32,000 nt of DNA from Promethearchaeia archaeon (GTDB lineage: Archaea; Asgardarchaeota; Lokiarchaeia; Sigyniarchaeales; SOKP01), in NCBI GenBank assembly GCA_046497275.1, contig JAWOFX010000142.1, forward strand, positions 4,409 through 36,408. The letters run 5' to 3'. Position numbers and translations under genes: made by a program. Positions within the stretch are counted from its first letter, which is position 1; each line of letters starts with the position of its first letter. This document shows, piece after piece, positions 17,674 to 25,865 of the stretch. The notes below the pieces were generated by a model that did not search any database, was not told the DNA's origin, and saw only the letters and a program-made list of their open reading frames with translations.

Positions 17674-18042
17674 CTATGAAAGGATTTCTCTTAATCGAGA
17701 AATATATTCTTTGGGAGTGATTCCGTGAAGAAACGCTGCATGCATCATACGAATATTAATCTCTTCTACTTGCGTTTTCATACTCTCCCCCTCTATTCCT
17801 AAGCTTTTAAGTATAATTGGAAGTGAGAATTCTTCTTTAGGATACTTTCCAAAATGACCACCATATGCAAGAAACATATTTAAAATCAAATTAATATCAG
17901 CCTTTGAAAAAATTCTTCGACAATTTTCACATACTGGGATGTAAAGAATCTTAGATTGATAAACTGAAGAGGGATTGTTAATAATATGGTGACAAATTCC
18001 ACATCGAAGGGGATAATTATTATTTTTCGCTAATGAGTTCAT
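17674..18042 (-). CDS. Hypothetical zinc-finger protein (122 aa)
   Basis: CGIC-x20-CENC; AYGGHFG and LHGITP motifs. Confidence 0.75.
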   Translation of the reverse strand: MNSLAKNNNYPLRCGICHHIINNPSSVYQSKILYIPVCENCRRIFSKADINLILNMFLAYGGHFGKYPKEEFSLPIILKSLGIEGESMKTQVEEINIRMMHAAFLHGITPKEYISRLREILS

Positions 18043-18063
18043 ATATGATAGTGTATATAGACT

Positions 18064-18077
18064 TATTTAAAGAAAAA
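18064..18077 (-). promoter_or_regulatory. T-rich BRE/TATA motif
   Basis: TTTTTCTTTAAATA; C at 18072, 30 nt from ATG 18042. Confidence 0.7.
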
Positions 18078-18106
18078 GATCTTTACTTCATTAGATTAAA
18101 TCGTTA

Positions 18107-18826
18107 TCAAGTGTTAGGAAGGATGTTTATTCCTTTTTGCCGCAAGAGATATTCATATGAAGTGGATTTTGTATCGGTGTGAAATTTTATAAAATATTTT
18201 TTTTGAAATTGATCTTTTTGTAAAGCAATATTTAGGCCATTCAATCTACTGAATAGCTGATCATTGAACATTACTGTCCTATCTTGGGTAGGATCATAAG
18301 AAACCTCATGGATAAGGATTAAAATAATCTTATTATACTCGCAAAAAAAGATTAGAGGAATAATAGTAGAATCGAAAAAATCATCGAGAATCGCAACTTT
18401 ATCGTTGATCAGATGAAATTGTGATAATTCAAATCGTAAATGGTGAGAGATATTATCAATTACAAGAATTCTAGTTTTTGGGGGTATTCTCAACGCGCCA
18501 TCTGAAATACCGGCTAATATCTTATTTTGCTCATAATAATCAAAAGGAGGGTGGATTTTTGGAATGATAAAGATATGGTCAAAAAGAAAGGTTAAGAGTC
18601 CTTGATCATTTAAATATAAACTCTTTAATCGTTTTTTTGGGAAAGTTTCGCTAGCTTGAACCCATACACTTACATTTTGTGCTTTTTCGTGGTGACTAAG
18701 AAAGATAGAGATAAATTGAAGCGCCAAGGTAGTTTTACCTGTTCCTGCTTTGCCGTAAATATTAATAAATGAAAAATGATCTAAGATATTTTGCAATATT
18801 TCTGTATTCGTATCATATTTATTCAT
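18107..18826 (-). CDS. RecA-fold ATPase, RadB/Rad51-paralog-like (no N-terminal domain)
   Basis: INIYGKAGTGKTT, WVQASETF (equivalent of YIDTEGTF), ILVIDNIS, LIHEV. Confidence 0.8.
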   Translation of the reverse strand: MNKYDTNTEILQNILDHFSFINIYGKAGTGKTTLALQFISIFLSHHEKAQNVSVWVQASETFPKKRLKSLYLNDQGLLTFLFDHIFIIPKIHPPFDYYEQNKILAGISDGALRIPPKTRILVIDNISHHLRFELSQFHLINDKVAILDDFFDSTIIPLIFFCEYNKIILILIHEVSYDPTQDRTVMFNDQLFSRLNGLNIALQKDQFQKKYFIKFHTDTKSTSYEYLLRQKGINILPNT

Positions 18827-19185
18827 AAATCTTCACTCTCTAATAGCTTTAACACTTCTTGTTTGATCTGTTCTACCTCATCAATACTGTTTTGAGAATC
18901 ATCATTAGAGTTGCTTGATTCTTGAGAATTATGTATGTCTCCTGTATTTAATTGCTCAAGCATTAAAAATGTGAGTAGTGAATCACTCATCACATTCTGA
19001 CTTGAACGGGATTTTCGAAAAGAAAAATATCCCGTTGTCTTAGCCCCTGAAGATGATTTCTTTCTTGCCCGTAAAAACAAAAACAGCCCAATACCAATTC
19101 CTAAAACAAGTAATGAGATGGTTGGATCTTTATTATAGAACATAATAAAAACTAATACTAATGTTAAATAGCAAAATGCCTTCAT
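18823..19185 (-). CDS. Small membrane protein with N-terminal TM hairpin and acidic tail
   Basis: Two hydrophobic segments, then basic and acidic regions; coupled to both neighbours; start may be GTG 19194. Confidence 0.7.
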   Translation of the reverse strand: MKAFCYLTLVLVFIMFYNKDPTISLLVLGIGIGLFLFLRARKKSSSGAKTTGYFSFRKSRSSQNVMSDSLLTFLMLEQLNTGDIHNSQESSNSNDDSQNSIDEVEQIKQEVLKLLESEDL

Positions 19186-19187
19186 AC

Positions 19188-19925
19188 TCACCACTGCCCT
19201 CGTTCAATTTTTTGTGATTTTTTCTTTTTCGGAGAATGGCGTCTACGATATAGTTCAGAGGATCTAATGGAAGATCCTTGTTTTGAGATTTTTAATCTAA
19301 TGTATTCAATAATTTTTCGTATTCCAATGAATGAATATTTGAATATATAATATCCAATCCCAATCAGTATATAAAAGAGAAAGCTGTAATAATAGGGAAT
19401 GATTATATACCAACTAGCCGAATATACAATCAGTGTTGAAAAAAGGACTAATCCAATTTGGTAGATGGAATAGCGAGGATCGTTATTAAATACTCTCCCT
19501 ATGTTATATATATCTGTACCTGAGGGTGAAGATCCTATTAAAAAAGAAACCAAACAAAATGCGGCAATAACTCTATAAATATCCTCAAAAGCAGGTGAAA
19601 GAAAAACGAATAAACAATAAAATGCTAAATAACTAATAATAAGTAATGGAGCTATCCCTGTTAAAAAGGATTGAAGAAAAGTCATACGTTTAAAATCTTT
19701 TAGTTCTACACTTCCATTTAAGCGTCTATAACTAACTTTAAAACGACCAGGGGTTCCGCCGGTTATCAAAAGCATTACAAAATGACTGAGTTCATGTATA
19801 AAGATTCCAAGCACTCCTAAAATTTTAACGATAACCGTAAGTTTGCGATTTTTATTATATATTAAGTATCTTACTAATAAGCCTGACGTAAATACGATCG
19901 GAAATAAGATAAGATCTTCAAACAT
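19188..19925 (-). CDS. Intramembrane zinc metallopeptidase, M50B-like
   Basis: FIHELSH (HExxH) within a TM region, IAP, SPSGTD, multiple TM helices. Confidence 0.8.
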   Translation of the reverse strand: MFEDLILFPIVFTSGLLVRYLIYNKNRKLTVIVKILGVLGIFIHELSHFVMLLITGGTPGRFKVSYRRLNGSVELKDFKRMTFLQSFLTGIAPLLIISYLAFYCLFVFLSPAFEDIYRVIAAFCLVSFLIGSSPSGTDIYNIGRVFNNDPRYSIYQIGLVLFSTLIVYSASWYIIIPYYYSFLFYILIGIGYYIFKYSFIGIRKIIEYIRLKISKQGSSIRSSELYRRRHSPKKKKSQKIERGQW

Positions 19926-19946
19926 AATGCTAAAATAAGCTTAGAT

Positions 19947-19961
19947 TATATAAAGAAAAAA
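19947..19961 (-). promoter_or_regulatory. T-rich BRE/TATA motif (perfect copy)
   Basis: TTTTTTCTTTATATA; C at 19955, 30 nt from ATG 19925. Confidence 0.75.
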
Positions 19962-20393
19962 TAATAGTATAAATGATGGATATAGAAAATGTATGAGTTA
20001 TGAATAGATTAAGATTTGTTAATCTTATTAAATAAATAATTATAACATTTACCAGTGCTACAAATTTTTGAAAATTATAAGGAAAACATTTACCTCGAGT
20101 TAGATCGCTCTAAATTTTTATGAAAAGAATCCTTTTCTCATTTTCAAGAGGGGTAGTCTAGATTAAGTGATCTGCAAGTTTTTATTTGAGAATTCTTTAT
20201 ATTTTTATCTGTAAACAAAATTAAGAACCATTTATATTATATATAAAAAATGTTCAACTGTTCTATAAATCTGATTATAATTTTCTAAAATTTATTCAAT
20301 AACAGTAATATTTAAAAAGACTACTCCCACTCTCTTCTATCTTAAGTTAATTTGAAAACATGATCAAAAAAATAGAAAAAGTGTTCAAAAAGT

Positions 20394-21653
20394 ATGGCAT
20401 CACAAGATTATCCTAAAAATTTTTCAGTGGGAGATTTAGACTTAGAATGTGAAATATGTCATTCTTCAGAAATTAAAGAGACAGAGCAAGGTTATGTATG
20501 TGCTGATTGTGGGCTTGTATTAGAAATTCAGAAAATGGAATATCATCATCCATACAAAGAGGAGCGAATACAGCACGCAGTATTAGACAGAACTCAAATT
20601 GGTAATACGCGTGAACGGTATCAAAATCAATTCTCGCGAAAATTTCATAAACTCAATAAAATAAATCATACTTCATCACGGGAAGATCCCATATATATGA
20701 GAGCAAAAGTAGAGATTTCCAGACTCATTAATGGACTTGAAATGTCGTCTAATATCAAGCGAAGTATACTAGAAAAGTATAAAAATGCACGGGATGAACT
20801 TGCTTCGGGTACAAAATTTCGCAATCCCGATAAATTAGTCCCTGGAGTGATGTACTATCATACAAAGATGAATGGCCAGCCGCTTGATGAGTCACAACTT
20901 CTGGATGTTTCAAAATTAGATAAAAAAGATTTTAATCGTCTTAAATTGAAGATTGGTGAATTTATGCCGGAATATTATTCACGTGATCGAAAAGAATACA
21001 TTTCTAATCGCATAATGCAAATTCGTGAAGAATTTGAACTTGATATGGGCTTTTATCATAAAGCACAAGCGATACTTGAAAAATTATGGGAGGAAATTAA
21101 ATGTACGAAAGATGACGTCGTGGCGGGGTTAGTAGGTTCAATAGTTGCATTATGCCACTATCAAGATGAAGTGAATGTAAATTCTATTTGTAAAGCCCTT
21201 CACATTCAAATGAGCACTATACAGTCTCAAGTAAAACGCAGAATCATTGATCAATTTCATGTACCAGGATTTCAGAGCTTAGTACGCTCTGCTGATCTAT
21301 TAAAAAAAATCATGGTGAAATTAGGATTTTTCACAAAAAAAGATGCTGGAGTCTCAAAATTCTCAAAAAAAGATGAAGAAAAGAAAAATGGGCAAAACGA
21401 AGATGAAAAATATTTGGATTCAGAGATAGTATATATCGAATTACCGAAAGTGATGCCAGATACTCATTCTAGTCAACCTTTTGATCATTCCATATTCGCT
21501 GTACGAGATGAAAATTCGTGTGATCCTACTATCCTCACGATTTCGCTCTTATATAGCCTAAAACAAAAACCGCAAAAAGCACAAAAACAAAAGATTAAAT
21601 TCGAAATATCTCGCTACCACTATCCAAAAGGTCCCCCGATTTTGTATTGTTAA
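20394..21653 (+). CDS. Divergent transcription initiation factor IIB (TFB) paralog with C-terminal extension
   Basis: Zn ribbon CEIC...GYVCADCGLV; two cyclin-like repeats (FRNPDKLVPGVMYY; VNSICKALHIQMSTIQSQVK). Confidence 0.8.
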   Translation: MASQDYPKNFSVGDLDLECEICHSSEIKETEQGYVCADCGLVLEIQKMEYHHPYKEERIQHAVLDRTQIGNTRERYQNQFSRKFHKLNKINHTSSREDPIYMRAKVEISRLINGLEMSSNIKRSILEKYKNARDELASGTKFRNPDKLVPGVMYYHTKMNGQPLDESQLLDVSKLDKKDFNRLKLKIGEFMPEYYSRDRKEYISNRIMQIREEFELDMGFYHKAQAILEKLWEEIKCTKDDVVAGLVGSIVALCHYQDEVNVNSICKALHIQMSTIQSQVKRRIIDQFHVPGFQSLVRSADLLKKIMVKLGFFTKKDAGVSKFSKKDEEKKNGQNEDEKYLDSEIVYIELPKVMPDTHSSQPFDHSIFAVRDENSCDPTILTISLLYSLKQKPQKAQKQKIKFEISRYHYPKGPPILYC

Positions 21654-21750
21654 GTTTTATGAAGTTCAGGAAAACTTAAATAATCCTGATCTAGTGTTTC
21701 AAGGTTTTTTTAATTTTTGTTTCTATACGAGATTTTTAATTGATTATCTG

Positions 21751-21765
21751 TTTTTTCTTTAAATA
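21751..21765 (+). promoter_or_regulatory. T-rich BRE/TATA motif (perfect copy)
   Basis: TTTTTTCTTTAAATA upstream of 21816. Confidence 0.7.
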
Positions 21766-21815
21766 CTCTGAGGAGAAGGGAATCACAATAAAATAATTAT
21801 ACAAGTATAATTTTT

Positions 21816-24800
21816 ATGACAAAACCAAAATTTTCTAGAAAACCGCTATTAATAATAACAGTTTTAGTATGTTGCTTTTTAATATCTTCTTTAAACTTCA
21901 AACCAAAAAGAGAACAGATAAATGGAGAATTCAGAGAAAATATTCACCCTTCTGGAGATATGAACAATTATGATTTTATTTCTACAGTGATGGATGACTT
22001 AACCAATATATATGGAGAATATGGATATTTTCCTACATATTATGAACCTTCTATTCAAAGCACATATTTTGCACTTCAAAGTTATTTATCATTAGGCAGA
22101 ATAAGTGATCTCAATGAAACAGAGATTATATCCTTTCTAATAGATCATTATGATACAGAGCAAGGATATTTTATTGATGACTATGCGATTCGGTATTTGG
22201 ATACTGATTTTGAGGCATTTTATCTTCCTTTAAACACTTTACTGGAAGTAAACTGCTATGCGCTTCTCTCTTTAAAAATCCTTAACCGATTAGATTTGAT
22301 CAACAATCAAAGTTTTATTGATTTTATTTGGAGTTGTTTTAATTCTGATGAAGGCGCATTTATAGGACAACCATATGATGTAGATCTTCATCCTAAATTC
22401 AAAATTCCTACATTAGATAATACCTATTATGCAGTGAAAATACTTGATCTCCTACTCGATACTTGGGATGAATATTATCCTCAAAGATCTCAATTAATTA
22501 CGTTTATTGAAGATTGCCAAACATTTATCACAAAAGAAGCGCAATATGGAGGATTTAAGAATGATCTGGTAAGCGGGTTTAGTTCATTGAGAATAACAGA
22601 TCCAAATATGCTCTCCTCGTTTTATGCATTGGAGACTCTTAATACTTTCAATGCGTTGGAAGCCATTAATATTGACGCTTTCAATCAATTCTTGAAAGAT
22701 CTATACAATATAGAAAATTTCTTTTTTGAATTATCATGGTTTCCTGACCTTCCTACTCATGGCAGACCATTTGCAACCAGTATTGGATTATCTCTCTCAT
22801 TGCTCACTGGTTATAACGAAATCAATGAAATGGGAATAGTTAATTATCTAAAAAGTATTCGCAACAATATTGGAGTATGGAAGAGCTCAATAAATGATCT
22901 CCAATTTGAATTGATTGATACATTCCAAGTACTTCGCTCTCTATATGACTCGAGGCATATTAATGATTTCACAAATGGCGAGAAGGATGCGATTGCAGAT
23001 GGACTTGAACATTTTAAGAGTTACCAGAGTTATTGCAATACACCCACCGATTATATGAGTATATCTGCTCTTTCATCCATAGCAAAATCATTCAAAATTT
23101 TTAATAGAGAAACAGATTTAGAGATCCAAGAATTATTTGTGTATTTGCGTGATGCATATATTAGTGATCCTGAAAATGAACCGCGAAGTTTTTATGGATA
23201 TACAAATATGGATGCTAAATATTTATTTTTCAGAATCTATCCTATTGAATATTACAATTTGGGAACTTATTCTTCTCTGGAATATATAGATTACTTATTT
23301 AATCATAAATTCGTTTATCAGGCCCTTACAGCTTTAAAAGATTTATACAAACTAGATGATTTTGACACTTTCTATGCTCTTAATGAATTGCTTGATCAAA
23401 CAGTTTTAGCACAAATTATTAATCCCAATTCAGATAAATTTGGAGCATTTCTTCCTAATTCTCTTTTACTTAATTTTGATCAAGATCTTCAAGACAAAAC
23501 GGTATTTTTAGAGCAATCATTTTATGCGATTCGTACTATGGAATTACTTAGAGATTATTTGGAATTAGGATCCTTAGAGGAATTATTATTGGATTCTGAG
23601 GCTTTAAAAGTATATATATTTAATACTTTTGAGGCACCGGGATCTTATTGCTATTCCATGCCCCGTGCGACCAGTGACGTGAATATCATTCTTAAAAACA
23701 CTTATTATGCTAGTTATATAATGAAATCTCTTGACTCATTTACACAAGATACGCAAAAAATCAAGAATTATATTATGGATCATCTTGACTACAATGATAT
23801 TGAAAACATTTATTATTCTTATCTCCTCGATCAATTGTTAGAGTTAGATATAGAATTTCCTATTGAATCAGTCCAGGCTTTAATCCAGGAACTTTATTGC
23901 GAGGATTTGAATTGTTTTTATCTAACTACAGAAAAAAATAAGATTAATCAACAGATACTATATTGGATCTGTGATATGGCTAAAAATGATAAATACCGTT
24001 ATAACATTAATTTCGATGATGTTATTCTCTTGGATTCATATTCTATGATCACTGTAGAAATACAAAATCTTATCTTAAATAGCATTGGTCAATATGGTTC
24101 TCTCAAGTTCGAAAGTGACCAATTGGGGGAATATGCCTTTACTGAATTTGGTGAAGGAGTGTTCCGATGTAATGTTTTTGTGCCATTTGATGTTTCTAAT
24201 TATCCTACAATTGAAGGAAATATCTCGCGCTATGAATTTTCTACGAAACAAGAGGTGATTCCTATTAGTTTTAACACAACTTATGAACTCTTCTCAGAGA
24301 TTAACTTCTTAGAAAATGCTAATACAATCAATATTGAAATTAACTGTTCATTGAATATCGCCTCAGGAAGTAGAAATTTACCAGATGGAGAATCATTTAT
24401 GCATATTTATCATGAAGGAGAATATATTGCCACAGATAGTCTCTCGTATCAACAAAACGGTGATTATACAAAGTATTTTTTAGAGTATGAATATACTCAG
24501 TTCGGAAACTATTCTTTTGAATTATACGTGAATGATGGCCTTAACGAAAGCGATCATTTCATTGGAAAAATTATGACACAACATAGCTACCAACTGATCT
24601 CTGAAGTGTCAATTTCCCGCATTAACACTACCATTAATTTTATTATCAACGCGTCTATGATGGTGGAAGGGAGTGAAATCCAACCATTCTCATACGGTTC
24701 AGCATTTTTAAAAATATATAGAGAAGGTACTTATATTCAACAAAAAAATTTTATTGGAGAAGACCGCGACACTTATACTCATTTTGAGACTACATATATG

Positions 24801-25058
24801 ATGATCCAAACAGGAAATTATTCATTTGAACTTTATCTTGATGATGGATTGAATCCAAGCCAGAATCTGATCTACGAATATTTTACCTCCTATGGAAATG
24901 AACCACAAGATCCAACCGATCCACAACCCAATGGAACAAATGAACCTCAAATTCCACTAATTCTTTTCTATCCTATCATACTCCTCCCCTTATTTGGATC
25001 CTCTGGAGCAATTGCATTTACATTTCTGAAGAAAAAGCAACTGAAAACTCTAAAATAA
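21816..25058 (+). CDS. Large membrane-anchored surface protein with prenyltransferase/squalene-cyclase-like alpha-toroid repeats and two Ig-like repeats
   Basis: Signal peptide; repeats STYFAL, TYYAV, SFYAL, SFYAI, TYYAS; duplicated GNYSFELYxxDGLN; PQD linker; C-terminal TM plus basic tail. Confidence 0.75.
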   Translation: MTKPKFSRKPLLIITVLVCCFLISSLNFKPKREQINGEFRENIHPSGDMNNYDFISTVMDDLTNIYGEYGYFPTYYEPSIQSTYFALQSYLSLGRISDLNETEIISFLIDHYDTEQGYFIDDYAIRYLDTDFEAFYLPLNTLLEVNCYALLSLKILNRLDLINNQSFIDFIWSCFNSDEGAFIGQPYDVDLHPKFKIPTLDNTYYAVKILDLLLDTWDEYYPQRSQLITFIEDCQTFITKEAQYGGFKNDLVSGFSSLRITDPNMLSSFYALETLNTFNALEAINIDAFNQFLKDLYNIENFFFELSWFPDLPTHGRPFATSIGLSLSLLTGYNEINEMGIVNYLKSIRNNIGVWKSSINDLQFELIDTFQVLRSLYDSRHINDFTNGEKDAIADGLEHFKSYQSYCNTPTDYMSISALSSIAKSFKIFNRETDLEIQELFVYLRDAYISDPENEPRSFYGYTNMDAKYLFFRIYPIEYYNLGTYSSLEYIDYLFNHKFVYQALTALKDLYKLDDFDTFYALNELLDQTVLAQIINPNSDKFGAFLPNSLLLNFDQDLQDKTVFLEQSFYAIRTMELLRDYLELGSLEELLLDSEALKVYIFNTFEAPGSYCYSMPRATSDVNIILKNTYYASYIMKSLDSFTQDTQKIKNYIMDHLDYNDIENIYYSYLLDQLLELDIEFPIESVQALIQELYCEDLNCFYLTTEKNKINQQILYWICDMAKNDKYRYNINFDDVILLDSYSMITVEIQNLILNSIGQYGSLKFESDQLGEYAFTEFGEGVFRCNVFVPFDVSNYPTIEGNISRYEFSTKQEVIPISFNTTYELFSEINFLENANTINIEINCSLNIASGSRNLPDGESFMHIYHEGEYIATDSLSYQQNGDYTKYFLEYEYTQFGNYSFELYVNDGLNESDHFIGKIMTQHSYQLISEVSISRINTTINFIINASMMVEGSEIQPFSYGSAFLKIYREGTYIQQKNFIGEDRDTYTHFETTYMMIQTGNYSFELYLDDGLNPSQNLIYEYFTSYGNEPQDPTDPQPNGTNEPQIPLILFYPIILLPLFGSSGAIAFTFLKKKQLKTLK

Positions 25059-25084
25059 ATTTTTTTCACCTTTTCTTTTTCTGA

Positions 25085-25099
25085 TTTTTTCTTTTTATG
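25085..25099 (+). promoter_or_regulatory. T-rich BRE/TATA motif variant
   Basis: TTTTTTCTTTTTATG; implies the start is ATG 25130 rather than 25097. Confidence 0.45.
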
Positions 25100-25129
25100 C
25101 AACTTCATTCTAATCTAATAGAGAATATT

Positions 25130-25786
25130 ATGAATTATTCTGACTTTTTAGATAAGGATGAAAAAGAGTACTCCAAAGATCTGAATACAAGATCTACCAC
25201 CCAAAAATCAACGATATATGAGACCATCCACACTATTCTCAAAATTCTTAACATTTTTCATGGTAATTATGACAAGAAGCTTAACCTCGAAAAATTATTT
25301 AATAAGATTAGTATTCCTGTCCAAGAGAGAGAAGATTATCTCAGACTTATTCTGGAATTTCAAGCCCTCTTTCATACTACTTTCTACACTCATTCGCTTG
25401 AAGTAAAAGAAATCAATTCAACTATGTATCTTGTCTGTAGACATTTTAAAAATGCCTTACAAAATAATCCAAAAAAAAGTCAGGACCCTAAACAAATCAC
25501 AATCTCATCTCGCGATCTCTCTTTATTAAATGATATTGTCTATATGTTTACTAATATTAAGCGTGGGAGGGGGTTTGATCTCAAAGAAGACTCTTCAGAA
25601 ATCGTAAAAGGAATAAAAAGATTACGAAAAAATCACCCTTACATTTTTTTTTCGAATGGTCATGGATATATATATCCTACAGAGTTTGGTGTCAAATTAG
25701 GGCAAAAAACTAATACTTATTTAAAATGTAATCGCCCTATTGACACATTTATTATCGAGGATTGTACAATTACAATTGAGGAATAA
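25130..25786 (+). CDS. Hypothetical protein, possible C-terminal winged helix
   Basis: KRLRKNHPYIF...YIYPTEFGVKLG resembles a wing motif; the ORF track starts at 25097. Confidence 0.7.
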   Translation: MNYSDFLDKDEKEYSKDLNTRSTTQKSTIYETIHTILKILNIFHGNYDKKLNLEKLFNKISIPVQEREDYLRLILEFQALFHTTFYTHSLEVKEINSTMYLVCRHFKNALQNNPKKSQDPKQITISSRDLSLLNDIVYMFTNIKRGRGFDLKEDSSEIVKGIKRLRKNHPYIFFSNGHGYIYPTEFGVKLGQKTNTYLKCNRPIDTFIIEDCTITIEE

Positions 25787-25805
25787 GGATGAGCGAATGT
25801 ATTGA

Positions 25806-25820
25806 TTTTTTCTTTTAATA
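25806..25820 (+). promoter_or_regulatory. T-rich BRE/TATA motif variant
   Basis: TTTTTTCTTTTAATA upstream of hef. Confidence 0.6.
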
Positions 25821-25865
25821 TATATGTTTTATAGTTTCACTACTCTTAATAGGATATGATTGTTA

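Noticed and set aside
21666-21689. TCAGGA...TCCTGA inverted repeat after the TFB gene
   Set aside because: Only 6 bp of pairing; indistinguishable from chance.
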